Below, piece by piece: positions 45,116-53,265 of a stretch of DNA of 54,925 nt. The position numbers and the translations under genes are program-made. How positions within the stretch are numbered: position 1 is the stretch's first letter; each line of letters opens with the position of its first letter. This stretch comes from a bacterium (GTDB taxonomy: Bacteria; Bacteroidota; Ignavibacteria; Kapaibacteriales; Kapaibacteriaceae): contig JANJTN010000035.1 of NCBI GenBank assembly GCA_024711065.1, positions 1 through 54,925 of the forward strand, written 5' to 3'. The notes under the pieces are model-generated. The model ran no database searches, was not told the origin of the DNA, and worked only from the letters and a program-made list of their open reading frames with translations.

Positions 45116-45146
45116 AAAACCCCACACCACACAAAGCACCGCACGC

Positions 45147-45851
45147 ATGGAAAAGACCATCCTGGTGGTGGACGACGAGCAGGACATCGTCGATCTGATC
45201 TCCTACAATCTGAGCAAGGAAGGCTTTAAGGTCCTCACGGCCTCCAACGGCCTGGATGCTGTTCAGACGGCCACCGAACAGAAGCCCGACCTGGTGATCC
45301 TGGACATCATGATGCCCGGGATGGACGGATTCGAGGTCTGCCGGAGCCTGCGGGAGCACCCCGACACGAAGCCGATCTCGATCATGTTCCTGACGGCCAA
45401 ATCCGGCGAGATCGATCAGATCCTGGGCCTGGAGCTGGGGGCCGACGACTACGTACAGAAGCCCATCAGTCCGCGGGTCCTGATCGCTCGGGTCAAGACC
45501 ATCCTGCGTCGGGGTGCCGAGAACGTGCGCACCGAGACCATTGCAGCACCCGAGATCCTGCGGGTGGGCGCTCTGGAGATCAACCGGCAGAACTATACGG
45601 TCCGCGTGGACGGCAAAGAGGTCTTCTTCCCCAAGAAGGAGTTCGAGCTGTTGGCCTTCCTGGCAGCCAATCAAGGCAAAGTGTTCACGCGTGAAGCGCT
45701 GCTGCGCCGGATCTGGGGAGAGAGTGTGTACGTGATCGATCGAACGGTAGACGTACACGTGTCCAAAGTGCGCGAAAAGCTGGGCGAGTATGCCGCCTGG
45801 ATCGAAACCGTCAAGGGCGTCGGATACCGTTTTCGCGAGCACGTGGCCTAA
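45147..45851 (+). CDS. OmpR/PhoB-family response regulator
   Basis: Receiver domain (VVDDEQD, LVILDIMMPGMDG, K at VQKPI) and a winged-helix output (TVDVHVSKVREKL, VKGVGYRF). Confidence 0.93.
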   Translation: MEKTILVVDDEQDIVDLISYNLSKEGFKVLTASNGLDAVQTATEQKPDLVILDIMMPGMDGFEVCRSLREHPDTKPISIMFLTAKSGEIDQILGLELGADDYVQKPISPRVLIARVKTILRRGAENVRTETIAAPEILRVGALEINRQNYTVRVDGKEVFFPKKEFELLAFLAANQGKVFTREALLRRIWGESVYVIDRTVDVHVSKVREKLGEYAAWIETVKGVGYRFREHVA

Positions 45852-45854
45852 TTT

Positions 45855-46946
45855 GTGGCCATGGCGATCCCCGCCCGCACACGAGCCCCTTTCCATCGGA
45901 CCACGGCACTCTGGACCACTGCCCTCGTGATGGGTGTGGTAGCCCTGTTCGCGGCCATGATCGGAACGTATCAACCGGCGGCGGCCGAGGCCATCGGATG
46001 GTTTCGACTCATACTCTTCCTCTTGATGATCCTGGCGGTGGGCATCGCGGTGCATCTGCTGCACGTGCGTTCGCTGGAGCGGTCCGTGATGTATCCCTTG
46101 CAACGCATCACGGATGTGACGCAGGCCATCGTGGAGGGGGCGGTGAACGGTCGCATCACGTTGGACGACCAGGCCCTGACCGAAGTCAAGATCGTGGCGG
46201 GGGCCATCAACCGCCTGGCCGAGAAGGCCACGCGAGACATCGCCGAAATGAAACGATTGGAACGGGTCCGCAGTGAATTCGTGGGCAATGTGTCGCACGA
46301 GTTGCGAACGCCGATCTTTAGTGTGCAGGGATACCTGGAGACGTTGTTGGACGGTGCTCTGGACGATCCACAGGTCAGCCGGCAATTCCTGGACAAGGCC
46401 TACCAGAACGCGTTGCGTCTGAACGCCTTGCTGAGCGACCTGATCGACATCTCCCGGATCGAGTCCGGCGAGCTCCGCATGAGCTTTCGCTACTTCGACA
46501 TCACCGCGTTGTTGAACGACCTGGTGCACAGTGTAGAGATCCGTGCCACCCAGCGGAAGGTCCAGCTGGTGCTGGATGTGGAGGAGCAGACCATGCTGCA
46601 GGTCTTCGGAGACAAAGAGCGCCTCTCGCAGGTGGTAACCAACCTGATCGACAATGCCATCAAGTACAATCGGGAAGGGGGCTCGGTAACCGTGAAGGCC
46701 GAGCGCCGCGGTACCGTAGTGCGCGTGAGTGTTGCCGATACCGGCATCGGCATTCCGCCGGAGGCACAGGCGCGCATCTTTGAGCGATTCTTCCGGGTGG
46801 ACAAGGACCGATCCCGTGCCGTTGGCGGCACCGGTCTGGGCCTGGCGATCGTGAAGCACATCCTCGAAGCCCATCATGCTCCGATCAGCGTGCAGAGCGA
46901 GCCGAACGTTGGTACAACGATCAGCTTCGACCTCAAAGCGATCTAG
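45855..46946 (+). CDS. Sensor histidine kinase (two TM helices, HAMP, HisKA, HATPase_c; PhoR-like)
   Basis: H-box FVGNVSHELRTPI, N-box NLIDNAIKY, G1 DTGIGIP and G2 GGTGLGLAIV. It starts at GTG 45855 or ATG 45861. Confidence 0.9.
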   Translation: MAMAIPARTRAPFHRTTALWTTALVMGVVALFAAMIGTYQPAAAEAIGWFRLILFLLMILAVGIAVHLLHVRSLERSVMYPLQRITDVTQAIVEGAVNGRITLDDQALTEVKIVAGAINRLAEKATRDIAEMKRLERVRSEFVGNVSHELRTPIFSVQGYLETLLDGALDDPQVSRQFLDKAYQNALRLNALLSDLIDISRIESGELRMSFRYFDITALLNDLVHSVEIRATQRKVQLVLDVEEQTMLQVFGDKERLSQVVTNLIDNAIKYNREGGSVTVKAERRGTVVRVSVADTGIGIPPEAQARIFERFFRVDKDRSRAVGGTGLGLAIVKHILEAHHAPISVQSEPNVGTTISFDLKAI

Positions 46947-49795
46947 CGAACCACCTGAACCAAGCGATCCGTGGTCCGCTGACCCCGCTCCAGCCGCAAT
47001 GCATACACGCCTGTTGAACAGGATCGCGTGTCCATCACCACCGAACGGCCGATCTGCGTCCACGCAGCTTGCACGATGACGCCATCCATCGCTCGCAGTG
47101 TGCAGGCCGAGATCGGGTCGGCCGAAGGCAGCTCGATCACCAGGGACGTAGCCGCCGGCTGGGGATAGAGGCGCATCGACGTCTCCGCACCTTCTGCAAC
47201 TCCGGTGAGAAACACGAAGGAAATGTCGTCGATGTACATTCCATCGGAGTGCTGCGAGATGTTGGACGACAAGCGTAATCGAAGGAACACGGTGTCTGCA
47301 TCCGAGCCCCCTGTCAGAAAGAACGAGTCTGACAACCACGCATCCTCGCTCTTGGTGGTGTCGGACCAACGTGGATACTTGGTCTCGTCGTACCACCGGC
47401 CAAGCGTCCAGGGACCTTCCCGATCCCACGCATACTCGATGATCGCCGAGTCGCGCTCCTTTACGAAGGCGGCTATGCGATAGGCTAGCGCCACCGGTTG
47501 CCCGCGGTCATCCGCCGCAAGTCGTCTCGGATAGAGCATCACGGTGTCGCGAGCACGCGCTGTGTAGGATCGTCCCGGTGATTCCGTAAGGGCTCCGGTA
47601 TTGGGACCACTGAAGTTCACGCGGTCCCAGTCTCCACTAATGCGCCACAGGGCAGGCATGGTATCAAAGGTCTCCTCCGCCCAATCCAGGCTGCCGGTGA
47701 ACTGCACCAGTGTGTCGGACCACGGACTGGTATTGCCCTCGGTGTCTACTGTGCGCATGGAGACGTGGTACCAGCCGGCGCCCTTGGTCGTAATGGGCAG
47801 TTCTACGGTCCGTCCGGTATCCGTGACCATCACGTCCAGTCGGAAGGACTCACCATTAGCATCCACGTCAACGGCATCCAGGTTTACGAGGGCTGTGGTG
47901 CCGTCCAGACGTTTATTGGGAAGCGTTGCCGTGATCATCATCACCAGATTTTCGCCCCCTTCCAACTTGGTGAGCATCGGTATGCCCGGCGCGCGCGATC
48001 CACCGGCGAACGCCGATGCACGGCGCACGGCGCTGGTGTCGGTGCCGGACACAGCCACCAGGGTGTACTGATACTCGCGGAATTCCTCCAGACCTGTGTC
48101 GCGATAGGCTAGGGTCGATAGTGAAGGCTCGGCGATGACCGTGCCTTCGCGACGCAGCACGTAGTGAGCGCTCTCGTCGTTGATCGGTTGCCCAAAGGAG
48201 CGCTCCGTGGTCTCCGACCAGTCCAGCTGGATCTCTGTTGGCAACGTCGGCAGTGTCGATGCAGAGAATCGCTCCGGCGCTGCCGGTGCGCGCACGTGAA
48301 CGATGGCCGTGTAGACGTCGTTGTCCGACGGATTCAGGTCGGTAGTGTGGCGCATGTCTACCCACGATGGGTACACGATGCCGTTGTAGAAGTCGCATCC
48401 ATTGTAATCACCGGCGAAGGTGTTGCCCTGGAAGGGATTCCGCCGCAGATCGTTCTGGTCGTCGCCAACGCGGCGGTCCGTCCAGGTCTGGCCGCCATCG
48501 GTCGACACACTCACGTAGGCGTTCACGAGGATGTTCTCGGCGTCGTCGCGGCTGTCGAAGTACATCACGGCAATGTCGCCCGATGTAGGGTCTACTGCGA
48601 TCCACGGCCAGAACTGGTCGTTGCTGTCATCGCTGTGCACGGTGCGCGGAGCCGACCATGTCTGCCCGTTATCGGTGGAGCGCGAGAAGTAGATGCTGGG
48701 CACGCGATCGGCCGACCAGCACAGGTACAGGTTGCCGTTGTGGGGTCCACCCGTGTTGTCGATCGCCAGCGTGGGGTACGCTTCGGCGCGGACCACACCC
48801 TTGACGCGAGAGTTCACCTGTCCGGCCACCTCGCTCTTGTTACCGAAGGGCTGATAGGTGTGCAGGATCCGCGGAGCCGACCACGTACTGCCGCCATCGG
48901 TAGACCTCGCATAGCGTACGGAACTCTCCGTGCCGCTATTCCAGACCAGGTGGACGCTGCCGTCGGGACCGGTCCGCGCCAGCGGGAAGCTCTGTCCGAA
49001 CGTGGTGTCTTCACTCGTGCCCGGGAAGCGATCACTGACCGCTACCGGAGGCAGCCAGGACAGCCCCCTATCCGTTGATCGAGCGATCACGATCTGGGTG
49101 GACGAGTCGCTGTTGATCACGCGCTTCCAGGGGATGTAGAGTCGGCCTTGAAAGGGGCTTGTCGAAGCGGTATCGGCATGTACGTAGTACTTGTCTTCAA
49201 AGGCGCTGTCGGCCGTTTGTTCACCCGTGTGAATGATCACCGGAATGTGGGTCCTGGTCCACGATACGCCGCCATCATCGGTCAGACTCACGAACACGCC
49301 GTTCTCGCCGAACTGGGCGTTGCTCTGACGGTTGAAGCCTCCGTAACAGAGATAACCTCGGCCCTGGTGGTCGAAGGCAACGGAGGGGTCGTTGCTGGAT
49401 CGCCAGCCGGAACGCGCCTGTCCGAGGTCTACATTCTGCCAGGTACGGCCGGCGTCCAGGGAATAGTAGACCTTGGTGGTGGAGTTGTTCCGATAGTCCA
49501 CTGCCGATCCGATCAGATTCCGCGGGTTGAGCGGGTTGATCGCGATCGACGACTCATTCTGCACCGGCAGCGGGTCGCTCTCCTCGATGATCATGTTCTG
49601 GTTCGTGAACAGCGATGGGAAGGCCTGCTCGCCCGTGATCAGCGGCAGCATGGGCGGAACGAAGTCGTACTGTGGATCAGCGATCGGCGTAGGGTGGGCT
49701 CGCTCCATCAGCCGTTCATGCACATTCTGGGCAAGCAATACCGTAGGGAGCAACAGGCCGAGTGCCTGGATCAGGATTCGCTGAACGTACCGCAT
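46943..49795 (-). CDS. Secreted BNR/sialidase-like beta-propeller protein (950 aa) with a T9SS-type C-terminal domain
   Basis: ATG 49795 gives the signal peptide MRYVQRILIQALGLLLPTVLLAQ. Six BNR repeats (SLDAGRTWQ, TDDGGVSWT, STDRGLSWL, STDGGSTWS, STDNGQTWS, STDGGQTWT). The C-terminus is MRLYPQPAATSLVIELP...GVYALRLERGQRTTDRLVQVVR. Confidence 0.8.
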   Translation of the reverse strand: MRYVQRILIQALGLLLPTVLLAQNVHERLMERAHPTPIADPQYDFVPPMLPLITGEQAFPSLFTNQNMIIEESDPLPVQNESSIAINPLNPRNLIGSAVDYRNNSTTKVYYSLDAGRTWQNVDLGQARSGWRSSNDPSVAFDHQGRGYLCYGGFNRQSNAQFGENGVFVSLTDDGGVSWTRTHIPVIIHTGEQTADSAFEDKYYVHADTASTSPFQGRLYIPWKRVINSDSSTQIVIARSTDRGLSWLPPVAVSDRFPGTSEDTTFGQSFPLARTGPDGSVHLVWNSGTESSVRYARSTDGGSTWSAPRILHTYQPFGNKSEVAGQVNSRVKGVVRAEAYPTLAIDNTGGPHNGNLYLCWSADRVPSIYFSRSTDNGQTWSAPRTVHSDDSNDQFWPWIAVDPTSGDIAVMYFDSRDDAENILVNAYVSVSTDGGQTWTDRRVGDDQNDLRRNPFQGNTFAGDYNGCDFYNGIVYPSWVDMRHTTDLNPSDNDVYTAIVHVRAPAAPERFSASTLPTLPTEIQLDWSETTERSFGQPINDESAHYVLRREGTVIAEPSLSTLAYRDTGLEEFREYQYTLVAVSGTDTSAVRRASAFAGGSRAPGIPMLTKLEGGENLVMMITATLPNKRLDGTTALVNLDAVDVDANGESFRLDVMVTDTGRTVELPITTKGAGWYHVSMRTVDTEGNTSPWSDTLVQFTGSLDWAEETFDTMPALWRISGDWDRVNFSGPNTGALTESPGRSYTARARDTVMLYPRRLAADDRGQPVALAYRIAAFVKERDSAIIEYAWDREGPWTLGRWYDETKYPRWSDTTKSEDAWLSDSFFLTGGSDADTVFLRLRLSSNISQHSDGMYIDDISFVFLTGVAEGAETSMRLYPQPAATSLVIELPSADPISACTLRAMDGVIVQAAWTQIGRSVVMDTRSCSTGVYALRLERGQRTTDRLVQVVR

Positions 49796-49819
49796 GTAGC
49801 ACCAAAAGGAGGATGATCG

Positions 49820-49827
49820 CAAAGGTA
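49820..49827 (-). promoter_or_regulatory. Candidate -7 promoter element TACCTTTG upstream of the BNR gene
   Basis: This is the reverse complement of CAAAGGTA at 49820-49827, 24 nt upstream of ATG 49795. Confidence 0.4.
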
Positions 49828-49893
49828 CGATTTGCCATCTTGCAGGCCGGTCGGTAATGCAACTGACCGTCGTACCAATCGGGAGGGGTTCGC

Positions 49894-51267
49894 ATGCCGG
49901 AACAGTCATTAGCCAATCGCTTGTTCGATCTGCGATGGAGCAGAGCTACAGCCCACGAGCGAGACGGGATCGCCGAGATCGACCCTCGGTTCGTGTTCGA
50001 GTACCCGTTGCGGGTGCTGGTGCTGGACCTGCGCACCAACGCCGGTGCCATTGCCAATACGGGCTGTGTACCGGGATCGGTAGTGGTAGAGCAGGGATCA
50101 CTGATCGACGCGCTGGCTCCGGTGCCTGCGTCGACCCCGATCGTGCTGTTGCACGACACGGCTCAGCATGCGCGCACGGCCGCAGCAGATCTGATGGCGT
50201 CCGGGCGTGAGCGAGTGGCGGTGCTCGATGGTGGCATGGCGGCCTGGCGCGACCGTGGCTTTGGCGTGGTGGATGCGCGGCTGGATCTGTCCAGTGCCGT
50301 GGACCTGTTGGTGCAGCGAGGCCGTACCGAGGTTACCGAGCGGCACCTGCTGACCGAGGACGAGGTACGGACACACTTGAGCGACCCGGACAACGTGCGC
50401 GTGGTCAAGCTGGCCAGCTTGCTGTCGCAAGGCTACGCTTCGTGCGTCGATGGTCGCGACGAGCGCAATGTGGTGGGCACTCCCGGCGGAAATGCCGGCG
50501 AGTTGCTCCTGTCCTTGGCAGCCTTTGAACAGGTGACCGGTCACCAGCTCTCACCGGCCGAGATCGAAGACACCGTGCGAGAGTACTTCACGGCCTTTGG
50601 TGGCTTTTATCTCCACACGGACGCTACGGCCTTTGATGCCTACACGGCCAAGCTGGCTGCCGACGAACGCGTGACCCGCTTCACGGGCAACCACAGCGAT
50701 CCTCTACAATGGGTGAACGCCCTACGAAGCCCCGTATCAGAGATCCGGCCGATCCTGCTGGAGCATCTGGCTTCCGACCCGTCCTGCATCGGTTGCGGAC
50801 ACATCCGGCTGATGCTGCAGCGAGGAGACGAGTACTCCATCCGTAAGGAAATAGTCGAAGGCGTGCTGCGAACGGTGTACACCATGTGGTGGGACGAAGC
50901 ACCCGAAGTGAATCTCACTACGCTACCAGGTGGACATCAGGAGGGGGCTGTGGTGAACGTGGTCGTGGACGATGATGTGTGGGACTACTCGTTCATTCCT
51001 GTGATCAGTCCGGTCTGTTCCGGCACCCAGATGTTCGTCAATCATCCTCAGTTCTCGCGTCGACTCCGCGAAAGCGCCGCCGAGTTCTTTGCCCGCCGCG
51101 TGAAGGGGGCGAAGGTGGCTAAACTCACCCAGAAGCTGGCCGATCGGATGATGGACCTTGGCGACGAACAGCTGATGTGTACGGTGGGACACCTTGCCAA
51201 AGGCCTTCCGATCTATCAGGCCACCTATCGATCCGACGGCTCGTGGCGTGTGGAGGTATTAGCCTGA
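49894..51267 (+). CDS. Fusion protein: degenerate rhodanese-homology domain plus an uncharacterised ~300-aa Cys/His-containing C-terminal domain
   Basis: The rhodanese fold pattern is RVLVLDLR...CVPGSVVV...PIVLLHDTAQHARTAAADL...VAVLDGGMAAWRDRGF, with His in place of the catalytic Cys. I recognised no family for the C-terminal part (CVDGRDERNVVGTPGGNAGE, CIGCGH). Confidence 0.7.
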   Translation: MPEQSLANRLFDLRWSRATAHERDGIAEIDPRFVFEYPLRVLVLDLRTNAGAIANTGCVPGSVVVEQGSLIDALAPVPASTPIVLLHDTAQHARTAAADLMASGRERVAVLDGGMAAWRDRGFGVVDARLDLSSAVDLLVQRGRTEVTERHLLTEDEVRTHLSDPDNVRVVKLASLLSQGYASCVDGRDERNVVGTPGGNAGELLLSLAAFEQVTGHQLSPAEIEDTVREYFTAFGGFYLHTDATAFDAYTAKLAADERVTRFTGNHSDPLQWVNALRSPVSEIRPILLEHLASDPSCIGCGHIRLMLQRGDEYSIRKEIVEGVLRTVYTMWWDEAPEVNLTTLPGGHQEGAVVNVVVDDDVWDYSFIPVISPVCSGTQMFVNHPQFSRRLRESAAEFFARRVKGAKVAKLTQKLADRMMDLGDEQLMCTVGHLAKGLPIYQATYRSDGSWRVEVLA

Positions 51268-51273
51268 AGAGAG

Positions 51274-53265
51274 CTACTCGCTGCTCTTCAAGAGGTCTTC
51301 CTTCAACCCGGCCCAGGATCGGTCGTCCAGCGTACGCTGCAGGATCCGCTGATAGTGTTCGCTCACGGACTCACCGGCGGATCGTTGCAGAAGCAGGATG
51401 TTCCCGAGTGTCAGGATCCGTGCCGTACCGCTGAGACGGCTTGCGAGCTGAGCAGCTTCATGGAGGATCGAGCGAGCATGAGCACTGTCGCCAGATCGTA
51501 GTGCTGCCGCTGCACGCACGTTCAGGATGGTGCACCGATCCTTGGTGCCAAGGTCCGGAAGGGCATCGGCCTGATCCAGACGAGCAAGCGCATCAACAAA
51601 TGCGCCACGCTCAACATCCGCTCGTGCCGTCAGGCATAGCAGTAGGCAGCGTTCATGCGTGGTCAATGCAGAGGCGCTCAGTGCCGAGATCGTTAGGTCG
51701 TAGGCTGCTGAGGCCTGCCCCCGCACAATAGCATCGGCGGCCAGGCGGATCGTGTCGGCCACGGAAGCGGTACCCTGGCCAGCCCCTTGCCCCTCGGACG
51801 AAGGCGTCTCCGAACCAAGCATGATGGCGGATGGAGCTGCGAACGCATTCAAATAGTCGGATTGGATCAGGTCTGCCGTCTCGGCAGCTCCGATGGCGCG
51901 TGCAGCCGATGCCGATTCGTTGAGCATGCGTTCGGCCGTGGTGTTGTCTTCCGATTCCAGACTATGAGCCGCGATGTAGACGGCAAGTTGGTGACGGATC
52001 TCGTCGAGTGTCGACGCGTCGTGCTCGCGGGTCAGGATCTCGGCGATACGCTGATGCAGATGCTTCCGCTCTTCGTACTCCGGGTAGTGCAGGAAGTAGG
52101 TATAGGCAACGGTTTGCGTGAACTCGTAGGTGGTGGTCTTCACACCATACCGTGTACGCATGCCGATACTGCGGATCAGGCCGGTCTCGTGCTGCAGGCG
52201 GCGCAGCGTGCGAATGGTCGAGAGCAGGTCGGTATTCATCAGTGCGGCCAGCATGAAGGCCGTGAACTCCTGGCCTTCGGTGGCGCAGAGGGCCAGGACC
52301 ATGGCATCGTCGTCGGCGATCTCGTGCAGCAGCACGTCGGTGGCCGGATGATCGCCGAGTTTGAGTCCGCTCTGCTCGAGCGCTTCGGCAACAATGGTGC
52401 CGTCGGTCCGGATCTGCTCGGTGTGACGCAGGTACTTCAGATACTCCACCAGGATGCCGGGCGTGCCGGCCGAACGCTGGAAGAGCGTTGCGGATTGTTG
52501 CTCGGTGGGTTTGGCCGTGGGCTCTACTGCGCCAACAACCTCATCGGCCTGTGCTCGGTCGATGGCGGTAAGCGCATGAACATGATCCTTGGCTACCGGA
52601 TCGCGCAGCAGGGCGGCCAGCGGAAGGTTGGTGCGTTGTGCCACACTGGGTGTGACCGTGGCGATCAGCAACAGGGGCATGTCGGCGATGCGGGAAAGCA
52701 ACTGCCGAAAGACCTCAACGCTCTGCGGATCGCTCCACTGCGCATCATCGATCAGCAGCACGAAGGGCGTCTGTCGCGAAATGGCTTCGAGGGTCTCGAT
52801 ACACTCGGTCACAGCGGCCCGCTTCTTGTGCTGCATGGCGGCGGTCTCGCGCTTGTATTCCGACACATCCTGCGAGATGGCCTTCACGGCATAGAAGATG
52901 TCGCCGGCAATGGGCAGCGAGGCCAGCAGCGACATCCCGATGTTCATCGCCAGGCGCTTCTTGGCGGCTTGTTCGCCCTCCAGATACAACTTCTCGATCG
53001 CCTTGCCGAACGGCTGCAGCGGCTGGATCTGTGCCACGTTCACCTTGCCGATCGGCGGAGAGCAGTCCACACGAATGAAGGGGGCGTTCGAGAGCGCAGC
53101 ATCGGCCTTGGCGGTAGACTGTATCGCGTCGAGCAGGTGGGACTTGCCCATCCCGGGTTCTCCGGTCACAAGCACCACACGTCCGCGTCCGGCCGACCAG
53201 CCGGAAATGGCGTCCTGCAGCAGTCGGGCGGTCTGAGTACGGCCCGGGATCACGGGCGTTATCAT
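51274..53265 (-). CDS. AAA_16/STAND-like P-loop NTPase (663 aa) with a C-terminal Ala/Leu-rich helical-repeat (TPR-like) region
   Basis: ATG 53265 forms an ATGA overlap with the upstream stop. Walker A GEPGMGKS, Walker B-like FVLLIDDAQWSD, and a helical C-terminal third. The track ORF extension to 54063 is an out-of-frame overlap with the upstream gene. Confidence 0.75.
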   Translation of the reverse strand: MITPVIPGRTQTARLLQDAISGWSAGRGRVVLVTGEPGMGKSHLLDAIQSTAKADAALSNAPFIRVDCSPPIGKVNVAQIQPLQPFGKAIEKLYLEGEQAAKKRLAMNIGMSLLASLPIAGDIFYAVKAISQDVSEYKRETAAMQHKKRAAVTECIETLEAISRQTPFVLLIDDAQWSDPQSVEVFRQLLSRIADMPLLLIATVTPSVAQRTNLPLAALLRDPVAKDHVHALTAIDRAQADEVVGAVEPTAKPTEQQSATLFQRSAGTPGILVEYLKYLRHTEQIRTDGTIVAEALEQSGLKLGDHPATDVLLHEIADDDAMVLALCATEGQEFTAFMLAALMNTDLLSTIRTLRRLQHETGLIRSIGMRTRYGVKTTTYEFTQTVAYTYFLHYPEYEERKHLHQRIAEILTREHDASTLDEIRHQLAVYIAAHSLESEDNTTAERMLNESASAARAIGAAETADLIQSDYLNAFAAPSAIMLGSETPSSEGQGAGQGTASVADTIRLAADAIVRGQASAAYDLTISALSASALTTHERCLLLCLTARADVERGAFVDALARLDQADALPDLGTKDRCTILNVRAAAALRSGDSAHARSILHEAAQLASRLSGTARILTLGNILLLQRSAGESVSEHYQRILQRTLDDRSWAGLKEDLLKSSE

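Noticed and set aside
45024-45146. Pho-box-like operator in the divergent spacer next to the PhoB/PhoR-like pair.
   Set aside because: I could not find the direct-repeat CTGTCAT-type consensus. There are only weak GTTAC/GTAAC half-sites, which is not enough to claim a binding site or phosphate regulation.
50443-50457. Calling the C-terminal domain of the rhodanese fusion a beta-carbonic anhydrase because of CVDGR (C-x-D-x-R).
   Set aside because: The second zinc motif H-x-x-C and the usual spacing to the Arg-Asn-Ala-Gly segment are not present (the sequence has C-I-G-C-G-H instead). A single 5-residue motif is insufficient.
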